From an uncultured Oscillospiraceae bacterium (GTDB lineage: Bacteria; Bacillota; Clostridia; Oscillospirales; Ruminococcaceae), in assembly GCA_964369635.1 (NCBI GenBank), contig CAYJGN010000001.1, forward strand, positions 8,847 through 72,846: a stretch of DNA of 64,000 nt, read 5' to 3'. Of the stretch, positions 19,471-29,007 are shown in pieces (position 1 is the first letter of the stretch; each line of letters begins with the position of its first letter). The position numbers and the translations under genes are program-made. The notes beneath the pieces are model-generated. The model made no database searches. It saw nothing but the letters and a program-made list of their open reading frames with translations, and had not been told where the DNA came from.

Positions 19471-21492
19471 TTAAACCTCCTCCCAAATAGGTAGCGTAAA
19501 TATAATCTTTGTGCCGATATTCTCATCGCTCTCATAGCTAATCTGCCCACCCTCTGCCGCAACAGTCTGCGCAACTATATAAAGGCCAAGTCCATTTCCT
19601 TTTTCTGAGCGGTGTTTTGGGTATCGACTAAACAGCTCTTCTTTCAATTCATCTGGGATACCTTTTCCATTGTCTAAAACGGAAACAGATAGGAATTTGT
19701 TATCTTTTTCGCATACAGTTGCGCTAAGAATTATTTTGGTACAACCACTGTGCTTTATAGAATTTGAAATTATGTTTAGAATCACCTGCAAAGTTCTTTC
19801 TTTGTCGGCAAAAATATAAGGTAATTTGTCTTCAGTTTCAATATTAAGAGCTATATCACCGCTGTTCATAATTGGAAAATGGTGAGTTATGATTTTTGAA
19901 AAGAGCTCATTTACATCTACCTTTTGTAGATACAGCTTAAAAGTTCCGTTGTCGATAGCAGAAACATCTAAAAGCCAAGAAACTTGCCTTGATAGTTTTC
20001 TTGCTTCATCGTCTATTATTCGCATCTTTTCAGCAATTGATGCTCTATTAATAGTTTCATCTTCAGATAAAATCTGACTTGTGAGCTGAGCATAACCTGA
20101 AACGGTAGTGAGCGGTAGTTGCATCTCATGGGAAAGGGTGCGAAGAAAATTTTCATGCATTTTCTTTGCCTGTCTTAAAGAGGCTGCCTCTATGCGATTT
20201 TCCTGCTCCGCTTTATATATAGACACCATTTTCTGTGCAGTGTCGAAATAGATTACCGCTGTTTGTGTGACAACAATAATCATAAGTGACAGGTCAATTA
20301 GTAGAACACGAATACCAAAAATAAGTATCGAATTATAATAGAGCGCATCATGCACTACCGATACGATAAACGGTAGATATCCTATTATAAAAAGCAGATG
20401 ATTAATCCTCACCTCTCTATTCTTTATCATATCTATAAGTTTCAAAGTGATGAATACAAGCAAGAGAATGCTGCCTAATATAAATGCAACCTGCAGATAT
20501 ATCATACTATATGAAAGCGGAAGGGTTGGAACAAACAAGCAGAATACAGAATAGATTAAGAAACCACCAACAAATATTCTAAGAAATAGTTTTGGTAGAG
20601 TTTTTAGAAAAATTTCATTTGCAACCAAAAGCATCATTGAAGATGTTATTGGAACGGTCATATATTCCACTCTAAATAGAACTTCCCAAGATAAGGCGGG
20701 AAACCATTCACCAAATACCTTTATCCCGGTAACCCCTAATCTAATTCCCCAGGTGAGCGAGAGTATTGCAAAAAACAGATGGGCTTTATGCCTCTCAAAC
20801 AGCATAAACAGAAAAATATGCGATATAGCAATCGTTACAAATAAACCTATCATTATGCCGACAGTTCCATATTCAATAGAACGCAAACGGCTCATCGTAT
20901 CAGCTGTTCCGATTATAAAATGGGCAGCTGTGCCGTTATCTCTATGTACAAAATTGTTACTTTGGCGCACAATTTCAATAATACCGTTTTCAGGTGTTAC
21001 CGTAAAATTCAAATAGGCATGGTCAGGAGTTGAGGTATGAGCTGTTGTTGAGACAACACCGACTTCACCGACAAGCTCTCCATTAATATAAATTCGCTCG
21101 GCAAAATCAAAGCTGTTTCCCATAATTGTATAACTTTCATTTTGGGGTAGATAAAGGGTTATCCTTGAAGTATTTACAGGGAAGTTTCCAGTTGATCCTA
21201 TTTTTATTTCCTCGCTTAACATATCAAATTCACTCGGAGTGAGGAGCGCTCCTTCAATAAATTCTTCAGCACCGGATGTCGTTATAATCCCTTTGCTAAA
21301 ATCAAATTCTGTTAAATCAAAACTACCTGTTTGCGAATAGATAGTTTGATTGTCATCGCCATTTAAATGGTCTTCAACTGAAAGATACCAAAGGGCGAAA
21401 CAAAATACTATCACAACTGAAGTTATCAAAAGCAGAAGAATGTTGTTTTTATTATTTTTATATTTATCTAACATATAGCAGAAGTCTCCCAT
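19471..21492 (-). CDS. sensor histidine kinase with 7TMR-DISM-type extracellular and 7TM input
   Basis: An N-terminal TM segment, an extracytoplasmic domain of about 190 aa, then about seven TM segments. H-box SHEMQLPL, N-box NIISNSIKHS, and G-boxes DNGKGIP and GNGLGLYI. Confidence 0.8.
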   Translation of the reverse strand: MGDFCYMLDKYKNNKNNILLLLITSVVIVFCFALWYLSVEDHLNGDDNQTIYSQTGSFDLTEFDFSKGIITTSGAEEFIEGALLTPSEFDMLSEEIKIGSTGNFPVNTSRITLYLPQNESYTIMGNSFDFAERIYINGELVGEVGVVSTTAHTSTPDHAYLNFTVTPENGIIEIVRQSNNFVHRDNGTAAHFIIGTADTMSRLRSIEYGTVGIMIGLFVTIAISHIFLFMLFERHKAHLFFAILSLTWGIRLGVTGIKVFGEWFPALSWEVLFRVEYMTVPITSSMMLLVANEIFLKTLPKLFLRIFVGGFLIYSVFCLFVPTLPLSYSMIYLQVAFILGSILLLVFITLKLIDMIKNREVRINHLLFIIGYLPFIVSVVHDALYYNSILIFGIRVLLIDLSLMIIVVTQTAVIYFDTAQKMVSIYKAEQENRIEAASLRQAKKMHENFLRTLSHEMQLPLTTVSGYAQLTSQILSEDETINRASIAEKMRIIDDEARKLSRQVSWLLDVSAIDNGTFKLYLQKVDVNELFSKIITHHFPIMNSGDIALNIETEDKLPYIFADKERTLQVILNIISNSIKHSGCTKIILSATVCEKDNKFLSVSVLDNGKGIPDELKEELFSRYPKHRSEKGNGLGLYIVAQTVAAEGGQISYESDENIGTKIIFTLPIWEEV

Positions 21493-21778
21493 AGTTTATC
21501 CTAAAACCAAAATAGATATTTCAATATATTTATTATACAATTTTTCACTGGGTCTTTACAATATTTTTATTATTTTATATCAAGATAACTTTAGTCACTA
21601 CCGTAAATCTTTAGTTTTTATTATATTTATATCTCTCGCCCTCAAATTTCTAATGAATGGTTTTTGCTACAGTTAAAATTTCACCCACTTATGAGACTAT
21701 CAATTTAATTACAGTTCTCTTTAAATAACTATCTAATTTTTATGATACCTACCAAAAGCTTTATTTCCTCTCTTATAC

Positions 21779-21818
21779 GCAAAAAACAGCTGATGAGCTT
21801 ATTCTCATCCGCTGTTTT
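21779..21818 (-). terminator. terminator after the nucleotidyltransferase gene
   Basis: AAACAGCTGATGAG / CTCATCCGCTGTTT stem (one mismatch), with TTTTTTG following in the minus sense. Confidence 0.55.
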
Positions 21819-21830
21819 AAAGCTGTTATT

Positions 21831-22454
21831 TTATTTTACATACTTTTCATCATATAATCTAAAAAGCAAATTTAGCCAATTTTCAAGAGAGGTTATATCA
21901 AAGCATTTTAATGCTTTTTCATAAACTGAAAAGGCATCATCCTCGTTTTTCTCAAGCAATATCAGCGTCTTTTTCGGCCCGAAGTAAAATCTATCGGTGA
22001 GATTGCAGTAAATCTCAAGGCTATCAGTTAAAACCCAGTGCCAACGAAACAAACCCTCACTATCGCCTCTTTTGGCACGGCGCAGCATTTTCCTGCACCA
22101 TTGAACCCCAAAGGTATCTTTATCAAAACTGCTTTTATAGCTATCTATATATTCTTGAACATTTAATGCGAGTTTTTTCGCAACACCTAATTTATCAAGA
22201 ATAATATTGCAGTCATAAAGCACAACGAAGTCCTCAGGGTATATCTCCCCCTCGAATTTATCGTTGCCATAGATAAAAACATCGAGCTGAATTCCATCAA
22301 CAATCGCACTATCGTGATTAGATTTCGGATTATCCATAACTATAAAAGCATCAAAATCACTCTCAGAGTTGTTACTACCATCAACGAACGAACCATATGC
22401 CACTATCGCACTCGGGTTATATTTTTCTTTTAAATAATCAATTATTTTATCCAT
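21831..22454 (-). CDS. nucleotidyltransferase-fold protein (KNTase/ANT-like)
   Basis: AYGSFVDGSNNSESDFDAF is the minimal NTase G[SG]-x-D-x-D pattern, followed by a helical C-terminal domain. Substrate unknown. Confidence 0.6.
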   Translation of the reverse strand: MDKIIDYLKEKYNPSAIVAYGSFVDGSNNSESDFDAFIVMDNPKSNHDSAIVDGIQLDVFIYGNDKFEGEIYPEDFVVLYDCNIILDKLGVAKKLALNVQEYIDSYKSSFDKDTFGVQWCRKMLRRAKRGDSEGLFRWHWVLTDSLEIYCNLTDRFYFGPKKTLILLEKNEDDAFSVYEKALKCFDITSLENWLNLLFRLYDEKYVK

Positions 22455-22466
22455 ATAACCACACCC

Positions 22467-25349
22467 TTAATAGCTGAGCGTTCGAACTATTGCATCGGCC
22501 GTCCTCTGCGCAAACTGCTGCTGAATATCCTCTTGGATTAAATACTGCAGTTCATTTTGGTTCGACATAAATCCGTATTCGATAAGTACCGCAACAAGAT
22601 CGGTATTTCTCGTGACATAGAAATTATAGCTAAACTTGCTACCTCTTGCAGTGGAAGATCCCGGAACAGTTCCCGCTATTGAATTGAAGATATTGCTTGA
22701 GAGCACCGATGAATATGGATTATAATAGAAAACTTCAGGACCTGATGCGGTAGTACTTCCGCTATTATGATGAAGCGAAACATAAATATGCGCACCCCAA
22801 GATCTTGCATCTGCCGCTCGCCTCACAAGACTTTGCGATGAGGTATCTGAGAAAACAGGCTCAAATATACGAACTTCCGCTCCCATTCCCCGAAGAATTT
22901 CTGCAACTCTCGTTGTTATCGACATATTAAGGGTTGCCTCCCAATATGCGCCATTAGTAGCACCAGGGTCTTGTCCACCATGACCTGAGTCGAGGTAGAT
23001 CCGCGCTTCTGATATAGATGATGGGATATTGGTAAATCGGACAACAAGGTCCCCATTACCATCTCTAAATGATGTTACGCCGAGCATCTTACCTGCGGCA
23101 GTTAAATCAAGTGAGATAACGCCGACGGTATTCTCACCCGACCCTTCGGTGCTGAAAATTCCTGATGAGAACAGCGGTGAAGCCGACATATCTATCCCAC
23201 CTTGCGGCACACTATTAGTATAGCTTAAAACTATGCGTACTCTTGTTGGGTTAAAGCTTGCTGGGTATTGCGAACCATTTTGGTTAAATACGTTTGGCTC
23301 AAACTCAATATTATGCGCAACCGGCCAATCGGTATCAACTGTTATGTCGGTATAAATTCCATTAACTGCAACAGAAACTCCGTGCACCGCGTTGCTATTT
23401 TCATATCCTGGATCCTCAATTTTTGTCACATCCCATGTGTAAACTCTTTTGCCGGATTTTAAGATATAGTAGGCGTAAGTTTTGGATGCAGTCGGATATG
23501 TAACACTTCCGACAACATAATCAACTGTACCCTTAGGTAGGTGATGATTAATAGGCGCTGAGAGATCATCGGCAGTGGTTATCGGGAAAACTTCTGCTCT
23601 ATCAGCTGTAACTATAATCGCTTCACCAGGAATAGCCGTATCTATTACAGCATTAACAGATATCGAAGCACCGCTCATCCCCTCGCTATGTCCTGACCAA
23701 CTCGCATTAAAGTTTATCGTGCCAAGGTTTTGAACTGAAGAGGTTGATGCGGGAATAGTAAACTCACCGACAAAGGTTGTATACAGTGAAGTCGCAGAGC
23801 CGTCGTCTATTGTCTCTGTGAGGGTTATTGATGAACCCCCAAGAGAGGCTGTAACCGTTGAGCCTTTATAGGCAACCGCTGTTACCGAGAGCTTAGTGGA
23901 GCCGCCAACCGAAGCGGTACCCGTTGGGGTAACGCTCTTTAAGAGGTCTATTCGCCTCTCGATATTGTATGTAAGCCGCTGGCCTTTATTCTCGAAAACT
24001 ATCGTATTATCCCCGACCTCAAGGTCAACAGTCTGCGAGAATTCACCATTTGCATTAGGCGATATTTCAACATCGTTTACAAACGACGGGAAGTTTCCAT
24101 CAGTAACGCCAAAGAATACAACCTTGTCCTCATATGTTACAAAATTAGTTTGGGTAGGCTGATAGATGCTGATATTAGTAAAAAGTTGCGCGTTGTCAAC
24201 TTCACCTCTGAAATACTTTATCAAAACTTCGGTACTGCCCTGATAATCTTCTAAAAGAGAAGAGATCGAGTTAAGTGCGCTTCCTCTATAGCTTGCATAT
24301 TCATCGGCAGTACTTAACTGACGAAGAATCTGGTCAGGTGAAGACCAACCATCTTCATCACCACCGAGCTTTGAGTTTGAAAGATAGAGAAACATTGGTA
24401 TCTCTGCCTGCGTAGCAACTGCATCCCACCAACTTAAAACCGTCTCAAAAGGCAGAGCATCATCGGAGAGCGAAGCATAGTTATCTATGAAAATATAGTT
24501 TAAAATTCCATCGGAAACGAGTTTTTTTGTATCTGTATTTCCCTCTGATAGCGCTGAGAAGTCCCCTGTAACTTCAATACCCTCTTCTCTCGCTTCGCTA
24601 TATTCCCAAACTGGGTTTAGAAAAGCACCGACAGCAACAGTTTTATTAACTGTTCTTATATCGCGAACAACCGACGTTATAAAGTTATAGCTGTTTTCTT
24701 GCATCCAGCTATCAAGCTCCATACCAACAGCTTCCGCTCTGAAGTTTTGGTAGCTATAATCTGTTTTTTCATTGTATATATTTTCAAGGGTCATTCCGGT
24801 TATATCATAGTTTTCGGTAATATAAACTGCAAGGGCGCTGTTCTTATCTATTGTTGCCGCCGAAACAGCACCATCGAGCGCCGCAAATATGTTATGGTTT
24901 ACAAAAACATAACGCTCATCAGTTTGAAATCTATCGATTATATAAGCAAGTATATCAAATCCTGCCGCGCTCTCCATACTATCGGTATTAAAAAGAGCCT
25001 TGCCATCATAGGTGCTATCAATAATAACCGTATTAAATTCATACTCTTCGATTTGAGCGAGCGCTTTATCAATTTCCGCCCTTATTAAATCGTCGTTTGT
25101 TGCTTCAGCTGTGAGAATATCCTCACCTGAAACAAGATGAATAGCAGACATCTTAACAGGTAGATTAAATGCTATCTCCTCATCGAGCGGGTCGATATAT
25201 CCATATTCCCCGCCATTATCCTCGCTCTCACCAAAAACTGCATATTCACCTGCAACATCACTTGCATCGGCATCATTAATTGAGAAGGCTGTTGCAACAA
25301 TAGTCACCGCTAAAATGGCGATAAGCAACCTCGACAATATTTTTAACAT
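22467..25349 (-). CDS. secreted N-acetylmuramoyl-L-alanine amidase (Amidase_3) with a large N-terminal extension
   Basis: Signal peptide. The C-terminus carries IYLDSGHGGQDPGA...YVSLHHNSGS...IEYGFMSN, typical of Amidase_3. Confidence 0.8.
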   Translation of the reverse strand: MLKILSRLLIAILAVTIVATAFSINDADASDVAGEYAVFGESEDNGGEYGYIDPLDEEIAFNLPVKMSAIHLVSGEDILTAEATNDDLIRAEIDKALAQIEEYEFNTVIIDSTYDGKALFNTDSMESAAGFDILAYIIDRFQTDERYVFVNHNIFAALDGAVSAATIDKNSALAVYITENYDITGMTLENIYNEKTDYSYQNFRAEAVGMELDSWMQENSYNFITSVVRDIRTVNKTVAVGAFLNPVWEYSEAREEGIEVTGDFSALSEGNTDTKKLVSDGILNYIFIDNYASLSDDALPFETVLSWWDAVATQAEIPMFLYLSNSKLGGDEDGWSSPDQILRQLSTADEYASYRGSALNSISSLLEDYQGSTEVLIKYFRGEVDNAQLFTNISIYQPTQTNFVTYEDKVVFFGVTDGNFPSFVNDVEISPNANGEFSQTVDLEVGDNTIVFENKGQRLTYNIERRIDLLKSVTPTGTASVGGSTKLSVTAVAYKGSTVTASLGGSSITLTETIDDGSATSLYTTFVGEFTIPASTSSVQNLGTINFNASWSGHSEGMSGASISVNAVIDTAIPGEAIIVTADRAEVFPITTADDLSAPINHHLPKGTVDYVVGSVTYPTASKTYAYYILKSGKRVYTWDVTKIEDPGYENSNAVHGVSVAVNGIYTDITVDTDWPVAHNIEFEPNVFNQNGSQYPASFNPTRVRIVLSYTNSVPQGGIDMSASPLFSSGIFSTEGSGENTVGVISLDLTAAGKMLGVTSFRDGNGDLVVRFTNIPSSISEARIYLDSGHGGQDPGATNGAYWEATLNMSITTRVAEILRGMGAEVRIFEPVFSDTSSQSLVRRAADARSWGAHIYVSLHHNSGSTTASGPEVFYYNPYSSVLSSNIFNSIAGTVPGSSTARGSKFSYNFYVTRNTDLVAVLIEYGFMSNQNELQYLIQEDIQQQFAQRTADAIVRTLSY

Positions 25350-25362
25350 CCAAAATCCTCCG

Positions 25363-26607
25363 CTATATAATTATCTTAATTTTTTCAAGCTCAGAACTTA
25401 CGATATCAGCTATATTCTCATTTGGAGAAAATATATAGTCATAACCGTAAAATACTATTCCATCAACTTCATTTTCTATCGAAGTTTCAACCATACGCGA
25501 GACAACATCTTCATTTGATACCCATTCAAGCTCACCGCTTCCAGCGAATGAATCAACTTCGTTTATCTTGTGAAATGTTATCCCAACATAAATTTTGATA
25601 TCTGCTGACTTTTTTGATATCCAAGATTTTAACGTCTCGGTAAAAGGGGCTGTTTCATTTTCAAAACCATAGTATATCTGTGGGCAGATATAATCGATAT
25701 AGCCACTTTCTGAAATCCATAGCTCAACATCGGCATATTGCATATTATAGTTGTTATCAATATTCCCCTGCGGACTAATCCCAAAAAGCATATCCTCATC
25801 ATATTCTTTAATGGTTTTATATACCTGCGAAACCATATAGTTTATCCTATCAAACCGAAGCGTTTCTATATCATAGCTCCCACCTTCGGAGAGGTAGTAG
25901 TCATAATAGGGCTTATCGACGTAATAATCAGTCTGCGGATAGAAGTAGTCATCGAAATGGATACCATCGAGCTGATAGTTTGATATAAGCTCTAAAACGC
26001 CTGAAACAATTAGCTCGGTAACCTCAAGCGATAATGGGTTTAGATAAACGCCATTGTCTGTGGATAAAATATTCATGCTTTTATTATTATACCACTCATA
26101 GATGATATTGTCATCAGTTAGTTCTCTTTCATTATCTCCTAAAACTCTATATGGATTAATCCATCCGTGAATTTGCATATTATATTCATTAGATATCTCT
26201 ATCATTATCTCAAGTGGATCAAACGGAAGTGGGTCACCGCCAACACCCGTTATAAGATGCGATGTTGGAAATATATCCGATTTATAGAGCGCATCAGAAA
26301 AGGGGCGCAGATGGACAAATAAAGCATTCAAATTAATGCTTTTTGCATTTATAACAACATCGGTAAAAAGCAAGCGAAACTCCTCCTCGCTTTTTCCTGT
26401 TAGAATATCCATAAATTCAAGATATGATATCCAAACACCCCTTATTTCTTCCCCCTCTAACATACGAACACTCTCAAACTCTTCCGCTATGCGCGAATTC
26501 ATATTTAAATCAAATGACTCGCCTGAGGTTTCAAGCTTATTTCCACTTGAAAAATAGACCGCTACAAAAATAAATATTAAAATTATCGGTAAAATTATCT
26601 TTTTCAA
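25363..26607 (-). CDS. glycoside hydrolase-like GHL10 (YngK-type) protein
   Basis: RGVWISY...LFVHLRPFSDALYKS...DPL...HGWINPYR pattern. The likely start is TTG at 26607 (MKKIILPIIL) behind AGGAGGG, not the ORF-track start at 26691. Confidence 0.7.
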   Translation of the reverse strand: MKKIILPIILIFIFVAVYFSSGNKLETSGESFDLNMNSRIAEEFESVRMLEGEEIRGVWISYLEFMDILTGKSEEEFRLLFTDVVINAKSINLNALFVHLRPFSDALYKSDIFPTSHLITGVGGDPLPFDPLEIMIEISNEYNMQIHGWINPYRVLGDNERELTDDNIIYEWYNNKSMNILSTDNGVYLNPLSLEVTELIVSGVLELISNYQLDGIHFDDYFYPQTDYYVDKPYYDYYLSEGGSYDIETLRFDRINYMVSQVYKTIKEYDEDMLFGISPQGNIDNNYNMQYADVELWISESGYIDYICPQIYYGFENETAPFTETLKSWISKKSADIKIYVGITFHKINEVDSFAGSGELEWVSNEDVVSRMVETSIENEVDGIVFYGYDYIFSPNENIADIVSSELEKIKIII

Positions 26608-26680
26608 TTCTATCACCCTCCTTTTCACTATATTTATTAAAAAGGCATAATATAACACAAATATTAAAGGCGGTGGCATT

Positions 26681-27544
26681 TTGAAAGACAAATTATCATT
26701 TAGTGAACAGCTTACCTACTATAACAAAATGGCTCTTGAATACAACAAAAAAAATATTAAATCAGAGTTCGAGGAAGATGAAATTAAACCGGTAAAATCT
26801 GAGATAAAAGAAGATAGCGATATCTCTATAGAAACAATCTCTGCGAAAAAAAAGAAAAGTCTTGAAAGTAAACCAACTGAAAAGAAATTAAAGATTCAAA
26901 AGCAGCCTCTCCCGACCTCTTATGAAGAGAGGGTTCGAGAGCAATTTGGACTGCCAAGTTCTCAAAAAGATGCAGATGTAAAAACTGTTGCAACTCCAAC
27001 AAACAGCGAGTCGACGGTACCAGTTTCCGATGACTTATTTACCCCGCGTTTTCCAGATGTCGATAGGGACAGTTTTGACTACCCCTTTGATAAACCCGAT
27101 AAAAATGATATCTACGCCCAGTTTAACGACGATACAGATTTCAATCTCTATCAGCAGTTTCTTCGTCAAAACCCTAAGGAAGGCCGTTTTCGTTCGCGGG
27201 TTTTCACCGGTAGAGGCTCTGTTCCGTTAAATGGAGCAACCGTCACTATTAGTAAAGTTTTTGGAGATTCAAAATTTGTTTTTGATAAACTACAAACAGA
27301 CAGCTCCGGACTCACGCCGATAATAAACCTCCCTGCCCCAAGAAAAGAATTATCGCAGACTCCCGATGGCGAGAAACTCCCCTATTCACTTTATAATATC
27401 GAAATAGAGTCCGACGGGTTTAATAAAATGACTTTTCGTGACGTTGCAATCTATGAAGAAATGCTGGCTGTTCAACAGGCATATATGACCCCAACTGCAA
27501 ATAGACCACAGCAAATCGTACTCGAAAAACAACCAAATTTATAA
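26681..27544 (+). CDS. hypothetical protein; the C-terminal part resembles the SleC N-terminal carboxypeptidase-regulatory-like prodomain
   Basis: K/E-rich N-terminal half. The C-terminal half reads RVFTGRGSVPLNGATVTISKVF...TDSSGLTPIINLPAP...YNIEIESDGF (CarboxypepD_reg-like). TTG start; a stop and then an AGGAGG RBS precede the next gene. Confidence 0.5.
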   Translation: MKDKLSFSEQLTYYNKMALEYNKKNIKSEFEEDEIKPVKSEIKEDSDISIETISAKKKKSLESKPTEKKLKIQKQPLPTSYEERVREQFGLPSSQKDADVKTVATPTNSESTVPVSDDLFTPRFPDVDRDSFDYPFDKPDKNDIYAQFNDDTDFNLYQQFLRQNPKEGRFRSRVFTGRGSVPLNGATVTISKVFGDSKFVFDKLQTDSSGLTPIINLPAPRKELSQTPDGEKLPYSLYNIEIESDGFNKMTFRDVAIYEEMLAVQQAYMTPTANRPQQIVLEKQPNL

Positions 27545-27554
27545 AGGAGGTAGC

Positions 27555-28907
27555 ATGGCTCAAGTAACACCTGTTATTCCGGAAATTATAACAGTTCATC
27601 TTGGTGCGCCAAACTCTGACGCTGAAAACATCCAAGTAGCTTTTCCGGAATATATAAAAAACGTAGCATCAAGCGAAATATATCCAACTTGGCCAGAGAG
27701 CGCACTCCGCGCTAATATCTATGCGCAGATATCATTCGCGCTAAACAGAATTTATACCGAATGGTACCCGAGTAGAGGATATAATTTTGATATAACTGCA
27801 AGCCCTTCATTTGATCAGAAATTTGCTGCAAACCGCGAGATATTTAATAATATTAGTGTAATTGTCGATGAGATATTTAATGATTATCTCGTCCGAGATG
27901 GCAGTATCGAGCCTCTTTTTGCGCAATACTGCGATGGAATTAAAGTAACCTGTGATGGTATGTCCCAATGGGGCACGGTCGACCTTGCAGAAGAAGGAAA
28001 AACTCCTCTTGAAATTCTAAAATTCTACTATGGCGATGATATCAGCATAGTTGAAAATACTCCAGTTCAATCAATAGAAGAGAGCTATCCAGGTACACCG
28101 CTCAAAATTAATGATGCGAATAGCGATGTTTTCCGAATACAAACGCAACTAAACAAAATTCAAGAAAGCTACCCTGCTATAACTCGAATTCAAAATGTTG
28201 ATGGTGTTTTCGGTGAACAGACAAAATCAGCAGTTGAAATATTTCAAGATGTCTTCTCATTGCCAGTCACTGGCATAGTTGATAAAGCAACTTGGTATAA
28301 GATAAACTACATATTCAATAGCGTGAAGAAACTCGCCGAGCTCGATAGTGAAGGCCTTGTTTATGATGAAGTTCGCCGCCCGTATGATAGCGTTCTTCGC
28401 TTGGGGAATGCTGGTGTTGAAGTTCAAATACTACAGTATTACCTAAACGTTCTTGCATACTTCAATTCAAATCTTCTTCTTATCCCTTCAAGCGGAATAT
28501 TTGATGATGCAACTTTAAGTGCGGTAGTACAGTTTCAAAACTATTTCGGCCTTGATCCCGATGGAATTGTAGGCCCTATTACTTGGAATGAAATCCTAAA
28601 ACAATACAATAAAACTATTCGAGCGCTCCCTGAAGGATATGAGCTTGAAAATGCAAAGCTCTATCCTGGCTATATCCTTCGGATAGGTATTTCAAACCAA
28701 GATGTTCGCGACCTTCAAGGATATTTAAATCTAATAGCTGAAAAGACAGGAGAAATATCACCCTTACCCCAAACTGGATATTATGGTGAGCTGACAGCAG
28801 CCGCAGTTAAAACACTTCAAGAAAAATTCGACCTTGACACGACTGGTAGCGTTGGTCCTGCAACTTGGTTTAAAATAACAGAGTACTATAATCAGTTAAA
28901 CAGATAA
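27555..28907 (+). CDS. sleC: SleC-like spore cortex-lytic enzyme with three peptidoglycan-binding repeats
   Basis: ITVHLGAPNSDAENIQVAFPEYIKNVASSEIYPTWPESALRANIYAQISFALNRIYTEWY matches my memory of the SleC catalytic region. Three PG_binding_1 repeats (DGVFGEQT..., SGIFDDAT..., TGYYGELT...). Confidence 0.6.
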   Translation: MAQVTPVIPEIITVHLGAPNSDAENIQVAFPEYIKNVASSEIYPTWPESALRANIYAQISFALNRIYTEWYPSRGYNFDITASPSFDQKFAANREIFNNISVIVDEIFNDYLVRDGSIEPLFAQYCDGIKVTCDGMSQWGTVDLAEEGKTPLEILKFYYGDDISIVENTPVQSIEESYPGTPLKINDANSDVFRIQTQLNKIQESYPAITRIQNVDGVFGEQTKSAVEIFQDVFSLPVTGIVDKATWYKINYIFNSVKKLAELDSEGLVYDEVRRPYDSVLRLGNAGVEVQILQYYLNVLAYFNSNLLLIPSSGIFDDATLSAVVQFQNYFGLDPDGIVGPITWNEILKQYNKTIRALPEGYELENAKLYPGYILRIGISNQDVRDLQGYLNLIAEKTGEISPLPQTGYYGELTAAAVKTLQEKFDLDTTGSVGPATWFKITEYYNQLNR

Positions 28908-28943
28908 TGTTAATATAGCTAATTAAAAAACGATACAGATAAA

Positions 28944-28992
28944 AACAATCTAACTCTTCATCATAAATGAACTGTTAGATTGTTATTGTTTT
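28944..28992 (+). terminator. terminator after the sleC-like gene
   Basis: AACAATCTAAC / GTTAGATTGTT 11-bp stem followed by ATTGTTTT. Confidence 0.5.
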
Positions 28993-29007
28993 ATATAATT
29001 GGTGTAT

